The notes: generated by a model from the sequence alone, not told the origin. A stretch of 64,000 nt of DNA from an uncultured Gammaproteobacteria bacterium (GCA_913045115.1 CAJWPJ010000002.1:669-64668), one strand, 5' to 3'; positions 23,953 through 34,428 are shown, numbered from the stretch's first letter. Translations and numbers: made by a program.

Positions 23953-24436
23953 CTTTTATGCCATCTAAAATCTTATCTATCTTTTCATAAGTTAAATTCT
24001 CATAATTTATATGATTAACTTGCATCATTGGTGCTCCATTACATGCAGCAAGACATTCCATCTCATCCTTGAGATAAAATTTGTTATCTTTGGTAGATTC
24101 TCCAATTTTTACTTTAAGTTTTTTCTCTATGTAGTTGACGATTTGATCAGAATTTCTCAACATGCATGATACGTTTGTACAAACCGAAATAATATTTTTA
24201 CCAATAGGTTTAAGGCTAAACATAGAGTAAAAAGTTGCAACTTCATAAACATCTATTTTTTGAACATTCAAATAATCAGCAAGTGATTCAATCAACTCGT
24301 TGGTTAGATATCCATTATTCTCATGTTGGATGATAAGTAACGACTCTATAATTGAAGATTTATTTTGATCATCAGGAAATTTACTTTTAATAGAATCTAT
24401 TTCCTTTTTTATTTTATCTGAAAGAGAAATATTCAT
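23945..24436 (-). CDS. nuoE: NADH-quinone oxidoreductase subunit E
   Basis: 163 aa thioredoxin-like 2Fe-2S subunit (CTNVSCMLR...ECLAACNGAP). Confidence 0.9.
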   Translation of the reverse strand: MNISLSDKIKKEIDSIKSKFPDDQNKSSIIESLLIIQHENNGYLTNELIESLADYLNVQKIDVYEVATFYSMFSLKPIGKNIISVCTNVSCMLRNSDQIVNYIEKKLKVKIGESTKDNKFYLKDEMECLAACNGAPMMQVNHINYENLTYEKIDKILDGIKDD

Positions 24437-25689
24437 TATCTATCTATCTCCCCAAACACGATATCTTGTGTTCCAATTATAGTTACTACATCTGATAGCA
24501 TATGTCCTTTAGCCATTTCATCAAGTGAGGCTAAGTGTGGGAATCCTGGTGCTCTAATTTTGAGCCGATATGGTTTATTAGCTCCGTCTGAAATTAAATA
24601 TATACCAAATTCACCTTTTGGTGCCTCTACACAAGCATAAGTCTCTCCAACAGGTAGACAGTAACCTTCACTGAATAACTTGAAATGATGTATTAAAGAT
24701 TCCATGCTTTCTTTCATGTCATCTCTATCAGGTGGAGCTATTTTATAATTCGATGATATATACTCACCATTATCGGTTTTGAGCCAATTGCAACATTGCT
24801 TGATTATTCTTGCAGATTCTCTCATCTCTTGCATCCTAACTAAATATCTATCATATGAATCACCCTCAGTCCCAACAGGTATATCAAATTCCAGATCTTT
24901 ATAAATTTCATATGGCTGTTTTTTTCTGAGATCCCACTCGATACCTGATCCTCTTAGCATAGGTCCAGTAAAGCCAAGATCAACTGCTCTCTCAGGAGAA
25001 ACTACTCCAATACCAACAGTTCTTTGTTTCCAGATTCGATTGTCAGTTAGGAGATTTTCATATTCATCAACGTTTTTTGGAAATCTATCAATAAAACTTT
25101 CAATGAAATCTAAAAGTGAGCCTTCGCGGTTGTAATTTAGTTTCTCTACTTGGTCAAGGTTTTGGTTTTTATTAAGCATATATTTTGGCATGACATTAGG
25201 TAAATCTTTTGAAACTCCTCCTGGTCTGTAATAGGTAGCATGCATTCTAGTACCAGATACTGCCTCATAACAATCCATTAGATCTTCTCTTTCTCTGAAA
25301 GCGTATAAAAATACAGACATAGCTCCTATATCAAGTGCGTGCGCACCCAACCACAGAAGATGATTTAATATTCTTGTGATTTCATCAAACATAACCCGTA
25401 TATATTTTGATCTCTCTGGTATATCGAGCTTCATAATGTCTTCTATTGCTAAAACATAGGCATGCTCATTGCACATCATGGATACATAATCTAAACGATC
25501 CATGTAACCTATATTCTGATTATAGGGCTTAGACTCTGCTAGCTTTTCTGTTGCCCTATGAAGAAGACCGATGTGAGGATCTGCGCTACGAATCACCTCT
25601 CCGTCCATCTCTAAAATTAGCCTAAGCACGCCATGAGCAGCAGGATGCTGTGGGCCAAAATTCATTGTAAAATTCTTATAATCGCTCAT
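24436..25689 (-). CDS. nuoD: NADH-quinone oxidoreductase subunit D
   Basis: 417 aa, 49-kDa subunit family, encoded separately from nuoC rather than fused as in E. coli. Confidence 0.95.
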   Translation of the reverse strand: MSDYKNFTMNFGPQHPAAHGVLRLILEMDGEVIRSADPHIGLLHRATEKLAESKPYNQNIGYMDRLDYVSMMCNEHAYVLAIEDIMKLDIPERSKYIRVMFDEITRILNHLLWLGAHALDIGAMSVFLYAFREREDLMDCYEAVSGTRMHATYYRPGGVSKDLPNVMPKYMLNKNQNLDQVEKLNYNREGSLLDFIESFIDRFPKNVDEYENLLTDNRIWKQRTVGIGVVSPERAVDLGFTGPMLRGSGIEWDLRKKQPYEIYKDLEFDIPVGTEGDSYDRYLVRMQEMRESARIIKQCCNWLKTDNGEYISSNYKIAPPDRDDMKESMESLIHHFKLFSEGYCLPVGETYACVEAPKGEFGIYLISDGANKPYRLKIRAPGFPHLASLDEMAKGHMLSDVVTIIGTQDIVFGEIDR

Positions 25690-25690
25690 G

Positions 25691-26332
25691 TCATTTCTTT
25701 CGGATAACCTTAGGCACTAATGTCCTTGGGTTGATATCTACAGGTTCATTGATTACTTTCCTCTGCTCAGGATCATATCTCACTTGTGTATTACCTACTA
25801 GCGGGAATTTCTTTCTAAAAGGGTGTCCTATAAAACCATAATCTGTGAGAATTCTTCTTAAATCATTGTGCCCCTCAAAAAGGACGCCAAATAGATCATA
25901 GGCTTCCCTCTCATACCAATCTGCTGCTGCATATAAATCTGTAACAGAAGGGATTATTAGAGAGCTGTTATCAAGGAAACATTTAATTCTTATTCTCAAG
26001 TTCTTTTTGATCGATAATAAGTGATAGATAACACAGAGTTCATAATCATCATCATCTGTCTCATCCGAAAAATCAATTCTACTGTGAGAGGTTGGTTTTA
26101 TTCCTCTATTATAACCCGTACTGGTGGCTTCACGTGTTTGCCATTCAGACTTACCATACTCAATATAATCAACAGCACAAAGATCAATAAGCTGTGTAAA
26201 TTGTAAATTTTTATCCTCTTTAAGTAGGGTTAAAATCATCTTTAATTTTGATTTTTCTACGATGACCGTTATCATATCTGTTTCAATATAGTCAACAATG
26301 TGATCGGTAAGTAATTCCCTGATTTTGTTCAT
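25691..26332 (-). CDS. nuoC: NADH-quinone oxidoreductase subunit C
   Basis: 213 aa, 30-kDa subunit family. Confidence 0.9.
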   Translation of the reverse strand: MNKIRELLTDHIVDYIETDMITVIVEKSKLKMILTLLKEDKNLQFTQLIDLCAVDYIEYGKSEWQTREATSTGYNRGIKPTSHSRIDFSDETDDDDYELCVIYHLLSIKKNLRIRIKCFLDNSSLIIPSVTDLYAAADWYEREAYDLFGVLFEGHNDLRRILTDYGFIGHPFRKKFPLVGNTQVRYDPEQRKVINEPVDINPRTLVPKVIRKK

Positions 26333-26334
26333 AA

Positions 26335-26835
26335 TTACTTAATCTTAATTCTATTTTTATTTCTTATCTTATTTTGTAACTGAAGAATCCCATACAAAAG
26401 AGCTTCTGCAGTAGGAGGACAACCTGGAACATAAACATCAACAGGTACAATTCTGTCGCAACCACGGACCACAGAATATGAATAGTGATAATACCCTCCG
26501 CCATTAGCACATGATCCCATTGAAATAACCCATTTTGGATCTGCCATTTGGTCATAAACCTTTCTAAGTGCGGGAGCCATTTTATTAACAAGAGTGCCTG
26601 CAACAATCATCACATCGGATTGTCTGGGGCTTGGTCTAAATAACATACCGAATCTATCCAAATCATATCTTGAAGCACCAGCATGCATCATTTCAACTGC
26701 ACAACAGGCTAGTCCAAAAGTCATTGGCCATAACGAGCCAGTCCTTGCCCAGTCAAAAAGGCTTTCCGAGTCGGCAAGAACAAATCCATCTCTCTGTATA
26801 TTCTCTAATCCCACTCTAAAGCTCCTTTCTTCCAT
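26335..26835 (-). CDS. nuoB: NADH-quinone oxidoreductase subunit B
   Basis: 166 aa 20-kDa subunit with the N2 cluster cysteines ([10 protein letters not shown]...GSCANGGG...CPP). Confidence 0.95.
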   Translation of the reverse strand: MEERSFRVGLENIQRDGFVLADSESLFDWARTGSLWPMTFGLACCAVEMMHAGASRYDLDRFGMLFRPSPRQSDVMIVAGTLVNKMAPALRKVYDQMADPKWVISMGSCANGGGYYHYSYSVVRGCDRIVPVDVYVPGCPPTAEALLYGILQLQNKIRNKNRIKIK

Positions 26836-27161
26836 TCATATATGAATCCAATTAAAAGAATAAAAATAAATATTGCCATTGCTAGATAACCTTCTAATCC
26901 AATGTGATCTAAAACCACTGCCCAAGGGAAAAGGAAAGCGATTTCTAAATCAAAGATAATAAATAAAATTGCAACAAGGTAAAATCTTACATCAAATTTC
27001 ATTCTAGAATCTTCAAAAGGTTCAAATCCACATTCATAGGGTGAATTTTTCTCGTCATCAGGATTGCTACCTCCAAATATAAAACCTGCGGAAAGCATGA
27101 CCGTCGCAAAAAGCAACGCTAATGCTAAAAATATTAATATTGGTAGGTATTCATAAAGCAT
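26805..27161 (-). CDS. nuoA: NADH-quinone oxidoreductase subunit A
   Basis: 118 aa protein with 3 transmembrane helices, first gene of the operon. Confidence 0.9.
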   Translation of the reverse strand: MLYEYLPILIFLALALLFATVMLSAGFIFGGSNPDDEKNSPYECGFEPFEDSRMKFDVRFYLVAILFIIFDLEIAFLFPWAVVLDHIGLEGYLAMAIFIFILLIGFIYEWKKGALEWD

Positions 27162-27212
27162 GTCTTATTATATCCTATATATAATCAAATACTAATTAGC
27201 ATAACATTAAAT

Positions 27213-27785
27213 ATGGATTCAAAAAATACGTTAGAAACATTAGAAAATGTAAGAGAAAGCATATCCTTTTATTTAAGCGAGGGGGTCAAAAATAGAAAAT
27301 CAGATTTCAGAACTTTTACTTTATGTACATCAACAGATAAGCCAGCTGGGAGAACTGTAGTTCTCCGGGGATATAATAGAGAGAATGGAATAATTACAGT
27401 TCATTCAAATTTCCATGCTGAGAAGATCATAGAGATTAATAAAAATTCAAATGCTTGCTGTGTCTTTTACAGTAAAGCAAAAAAAATCCAGATCAGATGT
27501 TTTGGTAGAGCAGAAGTCAATCATAATAATGATAAATCATCTAAAGCATGGAGCAATATGAGTGACATGTCCAAAGAATGTTATTTTCAAAAACCTTATC
27601 CAGGAAATGTTATCAATAACTATGATAGCTTTTCAAAGAATGTTATAGATAGAGAAAGCGACTCCTTTGTTGTAATCAATATACATATTGAAAAAATAGA
27701 TTGGCTGTATCTGAAAAGAGAAGGTCATAGACGAGCTAATATTTTTATAAATCAAATGTCTAAAGATACATGGGTAAGCCCGTAG
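27213..27785 (+). CDS. Pyridoxamine 5'-phosphate oxidase-like (PdxH-family FMN-binding split-barrel) protein
   Basis: 190 aa. RTVVLRGYNRENGIITVHSN...VFY...KKIQIRCFG parallels the PdxH stretch RIVLLKHYDEKGMVFYTN...VMVIG. The C-terminal WLYLKREGHRRANIF parallels the PdxH motif FWQGGEHRLHDRFLY. It lacks some canonical PdxH residues, so the call is limited to PNPOx-like family membership. Confidence 0.5.
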   Translation: MDSKNTLETLENVRESISFYLSEGVKNRKSDFRTFTLCTSTDKPAGRTVVLRGYNRENGIITVHSNFHAEKIIEINKNSNACCVFYSKAKKIQIRCFGRAEVNHNNDKSSKAWSNMSDMSKECYFQKPYPGNVINNYDSFSKNVIDRESDSFVVINIHIEKIDWLYLKREGHRRANIFINQMSKDTWVSP

Positions 27786-27791
27786 TTTGAT

Positions 27792-27873
27792 TGCCGATGG
27801 CCGGACTCGAACCGGCACGACTTTCGCCACTGCCCCCTCAAGACAGCGTGTCTACCAATTCCACCACATCGGC
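27792..27873 (-). tRNA. leuU: tRNA-Leu (GAG), no encoded CCA
   Basis: Reverse complement reads GCCGATGTGGTGGAATTGGTAGACACGCTGTCTTGAGGGGGCAGTGGCGAAAGTCGTGCCGGTTCGAGTCCGGCCATCGGCA. Long variable arm, anticodon loop CTTGAGG. It lies immediately 3' of secG, matching the conserved secG-leuU arrangement of E. coli. Confidence 0.8.
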
Positions 27874-28185
27874 TTAAGGTTTATCAAATTTTTCTTGGTC
27901 GTCAACTATCTCTTTTTCTATAGTCTCATTGATAAGACTTTTTGATGTTTTACTTTTATTTGATGAGATATAAGCAAGGCTCAAGCTAGTTACAAAAAAA
28001 CTAAGAGCAATTATCGTAGTTAATTTATTGAGAAAAGTTGCGCTACCTCTAGCGCCAAATACAGTTGAAGATGCTCCGGAACCAAATGCTGCCCCTGCGT
28101 CCGCACCCTTACCCTGTTGAACAAGAACAAGAACTATCAAGATTACTGCAAGTATTATATGAATTGTCAGTAGGGCTGTTTGCAT
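27874..28185 (-). CDS. secG: Protein-export membrane protein SecG
   Basis: 103 aa with two transmembrane segments and a Gly-rich loop ([24 protein letters not shown]). Its stop codon abuts the tRNA-Leu 5' end. Confidence 0.85.
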   Translation of the reverse strand: MQTALLTIHIILAVILIVLVLVQQGKGADAGAAFGSGASSTVFGARGSATFLNKLTTIIALSFFVTSLSLAYISSNKSKTSKSLINETIEKEIVDDQEKFDKP

Positions 28186-28197
28186 TGTGTATTTATC

Positions 28198-28953
28198 TCA
28201 AATTGTGGAGCAAATATCAATAAATTTTTTTGATATCAATGATGCTCCCCCAACAAGAAGTCCATCCATGTGATTTGTTTTCATAAGCTCTGCGGCATTA
28301 TCGGGTGTAACACTCCCACCATATAAAATCTTGATGGAGGAATAACAACTGTCAACTTTATTCAATGTACTTCTAATAAAGCTAAAAATATCACTTAATT
28401 CAGACATAGATGGAACTAATCCTGTGCCTATAGCCCAAACAGGCTCATATGCTAAAGTCAGATTTTTGGGATGTTTTTTTAAGTTACCCTTATTTTGCTT
28501 AATGAGACTATTAATCTGATTTCTTAAAATAGTTTTTGTCTTTCTCCCTTTATATTCTTCAAGAGTTTCTCCGATACAATATATGATACGAATATTATTT
28601 TCGAATAATCTAGTGACTTTACCAGAGAGGGCTCTCTCAGTCTCATTAATAATATGTCGCCGCTCAGAATGACCAACTAAGCAGTAATTAACTTTCAGAT
28701 CTTTTAGCATAGATGCTGATATTTCTCCGGTGAATGCGCCATCATCATAGGCAGAGACATTCTGAGAACCAAGTTTTATTTTTTTAGAGACTAGCTTTTG
28801 TATTGGTATGAGATATACAGATGGAGGAAAAATTATCACTTCATGTTTACATTTCATCCTTGCTAAGGCTGAAATGGTGCCCTTCGTGAGAGTGACTGAA
28901 CTTTTCAAATTCCCATTTTGCTTCCAGTTACCGGCTATTATTTTCTTTGGCAT
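28198..28953 (-). CDS. tpiA: Triosephosphate isomerase
   Basis: 251 aa with the conserved AYEPVWAIGTG and LYGGSV motifs and the catalytic His/Glu context. Confidence 0.9.
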   Translation of the reverse strand: MPKKIIAGNWKQNGNLKSSVTLTKGTISALARMKCKHEVIIFPPSVYLIPIQKLVSKKIKLGSQNVSAYDDGAFTGEISASMLKDLKVNYCLVGHSERRHIINETERALSGKVTRLFENNIRIIYCIGETLEEYKGRKTKTILRNQINSLIKQNKGNLKKHPKNLTLAYEPVWAIGTGLVPSMSELSDIFSFIRSTLNKVDSCYSSIKILYGGSVTPDNAAELMKTNHMDGLLVGGASLISKKFIDICSTI

Positions 28954-30287
28954 TATGATATCGATTTAATTATTTTCTCTGCATCACGCAATATTTGGGA
29001 AGATTCATGTTCTATGAGCACCCTTATTAATGACTGAGTTCCAGATTTTCTAACAAGAATTCTACCATTATTCTCTAAAATTTTTTCAACTTTGCTGAAA
29101 ATTAATTGATTCTTTTTTAGAAAATCAGCGGGCGACATACTTTCTATATTTATTAATTTTGATGGGATCTTAAGACTGGTAGGATATATGGCATTGATAT
29201 TGTTATCTAAACCATAAAGTAGATGAATAAATTTAATCATAGTCACAAGTCCATCTCCGATTGGTATGCCTGCTATATTAGTATGAATGATATGACCAGA
29301 AGATTCTGCACCTATGAAAGCATGATTATTAATTATCGATTGAAGAACATTCTTATCCCCGACATCTGTCTCTAGAAAATCTATGCCATTTTTTTCTAAA
29401 TTCTTTCGGATACCATAATTAGTCATTACTGTGCCAACAACTTTTTTATTTTCTTTTGATTGAAATGAAAAAAGATAAAGGAGATCGTCACCATCGAGTA
29501 TATTCCCTGAATTACTAACAATAATTGCCCGATCTCCATCCCCATCAAAGCATACCCCAAAATCAAAATTATCAGATTTTTTACTATCCCTAGAGTCTAG
29601 GATTATATTCAGTAAATATTCTGGATGAACTGCACCACACTGATGATTAATATTTTTACCATCAGGAGAATGATTGAATAGTGTTAATGAGATATTTTCT
29701 GGCCATTGAATCTCAGAGATAATATTTGACATTGCACCATTTGCACAGTCTACAGCAATCCTCAATTTATGGGACAACTTAGTTTCAGAGTGTACTAATT
29801 CAGATATGAACTTTATATATAATTCCCGTGTTGAATTATTTATTGATAGATCAAAGCTTGTCTTGCTAACATCATGTAATTGTTCTCCTAATATTTTCTC
29901 TATCATGGCTTCTTGTTCGAACGTTATTTTAAATCCAAGCTTATCAAAAACTTTTATACCATTGTCGGAATATGGATTATGTGATGCTGTGATCTCTATC
30001 CCTATCGCATCTAGGTGGCTATTTTGTGAAAGAATAAAAGTTAAAGCGGGCGTGGGAAATAAACCCAAATAAATAATTTGATACTCTCTATCATAGAAAA
30101 TGCCTTCAATGATTTTTTGACATAAAATATTCGATGATTCTCTACCATCATGTGCGATAAAGATTTTTTTAATTGTCTTATCGTTAAATGATCTAGATAT
30201 TGCATAACCTATATTTGGAATTGTTGAGTCATCAAGTGGATATTCTCCATATCTACCTCTAATACCATCCGTCCCAAATAAAGTCAT
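28953..30287 (-). CDS. glmM: Phosphoglucosamine mutase
   Basis: 444 aa with the phosphoserine loop (TASHNP) of the alpha-D-phosphohexomutase family, in folP-glmM order as in E. coli. Confidence 0.9.
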   Translation of the reverse strand: MTLFGTDGIRGRYGEYPLDDSTIPNIGYAISRSFNDKTIKKIFIAHDGRESSNILCQKIIEGIFYDREYQIIYLGLFPTPALTFILSQNSHLDAIGIEITASHNPYSDNGIKVFDKLGFKITFEQEAMIEKILGEQLHDVSKTSFDLSINNSTRELYIKFISELVHSETKLSHKLRIAVDCANGAMSNIISEIQWPENISLTLFNHSPDGKNINHQCGAVHPEYLLNIILDSRDSKKSDNFDFGVCFDGDGDRAIIVSNSGNILDGDDLLYLFSFQSKENKKVVGTVMTNYGIRKNLEKNGIDFLETDVGDKNVLQSIINNHAFIGAESSGHIIHTNIAGIPIGDGLVTMIKFIHLLYGLDNNINAIYPTSLKIPSKLINIESMSPADFLKKNQLIFSKVEKILENNGRILVRKSGTQSLIRVLIEHESSQILRDAEKIIKSIS

Positions 30288-30289
30288 GA

Positions 30290-31081
30290 TTATCTAACTA
30301 TTAAATCCATGAAGTTTAATAACATTCTAGTTTCTCTCACATCATGAACTCGCAAAATCTTAGCTTTATTCCTAACCGCTAAAACTGTAGCAGCTAGTGA
30401 TCCGTATAACCTTTCTGATGCTGGCTTATTTATTACATTTCCAATCATACTTTTACGAGATATACCAGATAAGACTCTGCACCCAATTTGAGAAAATTTC
30501 TCCAGCTGGTTGAGTATTGTGTAGTTATGTTCGAGTGTCTTTCCAAAACCAAACCCAGGATCAATAATAATTCTATTCTTACTAATTCCTGATTTTAAAC
30601 ATAGATCTACCTTATCTTTCAGATATTTGAAAATGTCTTCGACGACATTATTATATTTCGGATTATCTTGCATATTCTTTGGTGTACCCTGCATATGCAT
30701 TAATGAAATTGATAAATTATTTTCTCGAATAATTTCTAACATAGCATCATCTTCAAGTGATGATATATCATTAACTATATCTATTTTATATTTAAGCAAA
30801 CTTTTGATTACATCGGCGCTTCTTGTATCGATAGAGATTGGTATATCAGTTATCTCTCTAACTGATTCTACTACAGGCATGATCTTACTTATTTGCACTT
30901 CACTTGATACAGGATTTGATCCTGGTTTTGATGATTCAGCACCGATATCTATAATATCAGCACCCTCTTCTATCAAATATTTTGCTTGTTTAACTGATGA
31001 AGAAATGTCGTTGTAAGAACCTCCATCATAGAATGAGTTTTCAGTTATATTTAGAACACCCATTATCTCAATCTTATTCAT
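30290..31081 (-). CDS. folP: Dihydropteroate synthase
   Basis: 263 aa pterin-binding TIM barrel (GVLNITENSFYDGG, IIDIGAESS, DPGFGFGK). Confidence 0.9.
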   Translation of the reverse strand: MNKIEIMGVLNITENSFYDGGSYNDISSSVKQAKYLIEEGADIIDIGAESSKPGSNPVSSEVQISKIMPVVESVREITDIPISIDTRSADVIKSLLKYKIDIVNDISSLEDDAMLEIIRENNLSISLMHMQGTPKNMQDNPKYNNVVEDIFKYLKDKVDLCLKSGISKNRIIIDPGFGFGKTLEHNYTILNQLEKFSQIGCRVLSGISRKSMIGNVINKPASERLYGSLAATVLAVRNKAKILRVHDVRETRMLLNFMDLIVR

Positions 31082-31775
31082 TACCTACTCTTAATTGATC
31101 CTGATATCTAGAAACGCGCTCGATAAATTTTTTTTGATACCAAAGAAACTCATTATCTTTAATAATAAATTCCTGAAATTCTAGTTTCGGAGTACAAACT
31201 AAAATCACACCTTGTTTAATATTTGTTTCATGTTGTAAGTTATGAGCTAATGCATATGCACACGTTTGAAGGAAATAGTCTGTTATCCATTCTCTTTTTT
31301 TTGTTTTTGTTGATGACTTAAAATCTATTATAGACTCCTCATTATCATATACACCACATAAATCTGTAGTTCCAGCATGCGATTTTGGGTAATACAAAGG
31401 TGTTTCACATCCCCATATCTCATCTAATTTTTTTTCAAGGGCTTGATTGATAATTACTTCGGACATTTTTTTTTCATTATCATTTAATATTTCAAAGTCA
31501 AGAGACTGTTTGCCATGAAGAGCGTCTTCGAGATATTTGTGCATTTTATCACCTCGGAGGGTTGACTCTTTAGAAATCCTAGTGGCTTCGGAGTATCCAA
31601 CTCTCTCTTTCCATGCGTTAAGTGAATCTTTTTCTTTTTGTGATTTGGTTTTTTCTAGAATGGTTGTTACAGATGGAACTTTTTCTCCGTTTAAACTATA
31701 GTGTCTTGCACCAGATTTATCCGTAGCTCTGTGCAAGCTTGTATAGGTAAATCTTTTATTCCAGAGGTGTAACAA
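31074..31775 (-). CDS. Free-standing RecB-family PD-(D/E)xK nuclease (PDDEXK_1/Cas4-like core, no Fe-S cysteine cluster)
   Basis: 233 aa with an apparent TTG start. Motifs: N-terminal PSVTTIL; motif II GTTDL(CGVYD); motif III IIDFKS, a DxK triad; then a Q/Y motif DYFLQTCAYALAH. These are the canonical order and spacing of the RecB/AddB/Cas4 nuclease domain. No characteristic Cas4 four-Cys cluster is present. The gene is inserted between ftsH and folP. Confidence 0.55.
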   Translation of the reverse strand: MLHLWNKRFTYTSLHRATDKSGARHYSLNGEKVPSVTTILEKTKSQKEKDSLNAWKERVGYSEATRISKESTLRGDKMHKYLEDALHGKQSLDFEILNDNEKKMSEVIINQALEKKLDEIWGCETPLYYPKSHAGTTDLCGVYDNEESIIDFKSSTKTKKREWITDYFLQTCAYALAHNLQHETNIKQGVILVCTPKLEFQEFIIKDNEFLWYQKKFIERVSRYQDQLRVGNE

Positions 31776-31832
31776 AGGTATAGTCCATGCTAGTAATGTG
31801 TCTATATACTAACATGAACTACATTCTATGTC

Positions 31833-33743
31833 TTATGATGCAGGCGATGCTGAAGGACTATCTTTCGAAGATACATCAGCGGATTTTCCTGATGAGCTAT
31901 TATCATCATCTGACCAGCTATCAGGTGCGTCAGGTACCTTACCCTCCATAATCTGATCGATTTGTTCAACGTCAATAGTCTCATATTTCATTAGAGCGTC
32001 TGCCATTAAATGCATTTTATCTAGGTTATCCTTGATAAGTTTGGTGGCTCTTGAATATTGGGTATCAATTATTTTTCTAATTTCACCATCGATAGAGCTT
32101 GCCGTTTCGTTGGAAATATTCTTATTATTCTGCGATGCAGACTTGCCAAGAAATACCTCTTGTTGCTCCTCTCCATAGGCAAGTGGCCCCATCTTATCTG
32201 ATAAACCCCACTTAGTTACCATGTTTCTTGCTAAATCAGTAGCTCTCTCAATATCATTAGATGCACCGGTTGTTACTGCGTCATCGCCGAAAATTAATTC
32301 TTCAGCAACTCTTCCACCAAATAGTGCAGCAATCATGCTATTGATACGCTGTCTACTGTTACTATATCTGTCTTCCTCAGGCAAGAACATCGTTACACCA
32401 AGTGCTCTGCCTCTTGGGATGATACTAACTTTGTAAACTGGATCATGATCAGGAACCAATCTACCAACAATTGCGTGACCTGCTTCGTGATAAGCAGTAA
32501 GTTTTTTCTCATCATCGTTCATAACCATAGATTTTCTCTCACCACCCATGAGAATTTTATCTTTGGCTTTTTCAAAATCATCCATATCAACAATTTTTTT
32601 GTTAGCTCTTGCAGCAAATAGTGCAGCTTCATTTACCAAGTTGGCCAAATCGGCACCAGAGAAACCTGGAGTACCTCTTGCTAATATTTTTGGATTAACA
32701 TCATTTGCTATTGGAGTCTTTCTCATATGTACTTTGAGAATCTGCTCTCGCCCACGTATATCTGGAAGAGGAACTGTAACTTGTCTGTCAAATCTTCCTG
32801 GACGAAGCAATGCTGGGTCTAAAACGTCCGGTCTGTTGGTAGCAGCAATAACGATGACTCCCTCATTACCCTCGAATCCATCCATTTCTACAAGGAGTTG
32901 ATTAAGTGTTTGCTCACGTTCATCATGGCCACCGCCTAGTCCTGCTCCTCTATGTCTACCAACGGCATCTATCTCATCAATGAAGATAATGCATGGGGCA
33001 TGTTTTTTTGCTTGCTCAAACATATCTCTCACTCTAGATGCACCGACACCCACGAACATTTCAACAAAATCAGAACCTGATATAGTGAAAAATGGGACTT
33101 TAGCTTCTCCTGCAATCGCTCTTGCTAGTAAAGTTTTACCAGTTCCTGGCGAGCCAGACATTAGAACACCTCTTGGAATATTTCCTCCAAGATTTTGAAA
33201 TTTTGCAGGGTCACGCAAGAAATCAACCAATTCTTTGACTTCTTCTTTTGCCTCTTCAACTCCAGCTACATCTTTAAATGTGACTTTGACTTGGTCTTCA
33301 GTTTGCATTTTTGCCTTACTTTTACCAAATGACATTGCGCCACGACCACCGCCGCCACCTTGCATTTGTCTCATGAAAAATATCCATACGCCGATTAGAA
33401 GTAAGAATGGAAACCAATGAATAAATATTTGAGCCAGGAATGATTGTTTTTCTGGGGCTTTTCCACTGATGCGAACTTTACCTTTTATTAATTCGCCTAT
33501 AAGTGCAGAATTATCAGTTTCAGGACTGTAAGTCATGAACGTCTCACCTGACTTGAATGAACCTGATATTTCTCTACCCGAGATTGTAACTTCCTCAACT
33601 TGCCCAGTTTGAACTTGTTGCATGAAGTCTGTGTAATTAAACTCTTGTGATGTGGCATTTCTTCCGCCAACACCTGTAAACAAAGACATAATCACTACTG
33701 CAATTATTGTCCATATAACTAAATTTTTGACTAAATCTCCCAT
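31833..33743 (-). CDS. ftsH: ATP-dependent zinc metalloprotease FtsH
   Basis: 636 aa. Two transmembrane helices, AAA+ motifs ([14 protein letters not shown]), Zn-binding HEAGHA, and a Ser/Asp-rich C-terminal tail. Confidence 0.95.
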   Translation of the reverse strand: MGDLVKNLVIWTIIAVVIMSLFTGVGGRNATSQEFNYTDFMQQVQTGQVEEVTISGREISGSFKSGETFMTYSPETDNSALIGELIKGKVRISGKAPEKQSFLAQIFIHWFPFLLLIGVWIFFMRQMQGGGGGRGAMSFGKSKAKMQTEDQVKVTFKDVAGVEEAKEEVKELVDFLRDPAKFQNLGGNIPRGVLMSGSPGTGKTLLARAIAGEAKVPFFTISGSDFVEMFVGVGASRVRDMFEQAKKHAPCIIFIDEIDAVGRHRGAGLGGGHDEREQTLNQLLVEMDGFEGNEGVIVIAATNRPDVLDPALLRPGRFDRQVTVPLPDIRGREQILKVHMRKTPIANDVNPKILARGTPGFSGADLANLVNEAALFAARANKKIVDMDDFEKAKDKILMGGERKSMVMNDDEKKLTAYHEAGHAIVGRLVPDHDPVYKVSIIPRGRALGVTMFLPEEDRYSNSRQRINSMIAALFGGRVAEELIFGDDAVTTGASNDIERATDLARNMVTKWGLSDKMGPLAYGEEQQEVFLGKSASQNNKNISNETASSIDGEIRKIIDTQYSRATKLIKDNLDKMHLMADALMKYETIDVEQIDQIMEGKVPDAPDSWSDDDNSSSGKSADVSSKDSPSASPAS

Positions 33744-33755
33744 AATACTCCTACT

Positions 33756-33770
33756 TTAGAATCATTCTAA
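33756..33770. promoter_or_regulatory. Perfect 15-bp palindrome TTAGAATCATTCTAA in the rlmE-ftsH intercistronic spacer, abutting the ftsH Shine-Dalgarno (AGGAG)
   Basis: 7-bp arms with a 1-bp centre. It sits 13-27 nt upstream of the ftsH start codon on the coding strand, and the SD CTCCT complement lies at 33748-33752. It is a candidate operator or RNA processing/structure site. Confidence 0.3.
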
Positions 33771-33803
33771 GTTTGACATTATTAACCATCTATTTCAATC
33801 ATA

Positions 33804-34415
33804 TCAGTCTTTATAACCAATACAAATAAAGAAAACCTCATTGCTTCTTGATCTAGAGGAATCCGGTTTATACGTATTGATCTCGTTAAATAGCATATTT
33901 AATCTCTTCTTCACTAAATCATATGATGATCCATTAAAAAACTTCATAACTAAAATCCCTTTTACTTTAAGAAAATCTGAGCAAATACTTGAAATCGATT
34001 CAAATATCTCGAAAAAGTGAGCCTGATCAACATCTTCTATACCTGTAATGTTAGGGGCAATATCTGATAAAACAAGGTCTGCCTTGTTTATAATTTTCTT
34101 CATTTCCTCCCTATCTCCAGAATTATTGATATCCCCATTGATAAAATGAACTCCTTGAATAGGTTCCATGACTATCTTATCAACTGCTATAAGGTTTTTG
34201 CTCTTGTAATTTCGTATTATATACTCTGACCAAGAACCTGGTGAAGCTCCCAGGTCAATAATTGTATTTGAGGACTTAACAATCTTATACTTCTCATCGA
34301 TTTCTTGAAGTTTATGAAATGCTCTCGATCTAAAGCCTGATGATATAGACATTTTCACATATCTGTCTTTAGTGTGTTTCTTAAGCCAATTTTTTGTACT
34401 TTTCTTTTTTGTCAT
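33804..34415 (-). CDS. rlmE: 23S rRNA (uridine2552-2'-O)-methyltransferase RlmE/FtsJ
   Basis: Conserved start MTKKKSTKNWLKKHTKDRYV, then the SAM-binding motif (IDLGASPGSWS) and the catalytic K-D-K-E residues. The ORF track extends 20 codons further (to 34475) from a TTG start, which would overlap tpx. I prefer the internal ATG. Confidence 0.85.
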   Translation of the reverse strand: MTKKKSTKNWLKKHTKDRYVKMSISSGFRSRAFHKLQEIDEKYKIVKSSNTIIDLGASPGSWSEYIIRNYKSKNLIAVDKIVMEPIQGVHFINGDINNSGDREEMKKIINKADLVLSDIAPNITGIEDVDQAHFFEIFESISSICSDFLKVKGILVMKFFNGSSYDLVKKRLNMLFNEINTYKPDSSRSRSNEVFFICIGYKD

Positions 34416-34428
34416 TACGTTATAACCT

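Noticed and set aside
26364-26606. 80-aa minus-strand ORF overlapping nuoB in another frame
   Set aside because: It is fully contained within nuoB, whose frame carries the conserved Fe-S motifs. An alternative-frame artefact.
27162-27880. Possible tRNA-Leu-targeted genomic island or integrase
   Set aside because: Only a single 190-aa gene lies between nuoA and tRNA-Leu. No integrase, no direct repeat of the tRNA 3' end and no GC shift is visible. It is treated as a low-interest orphan gene instead.
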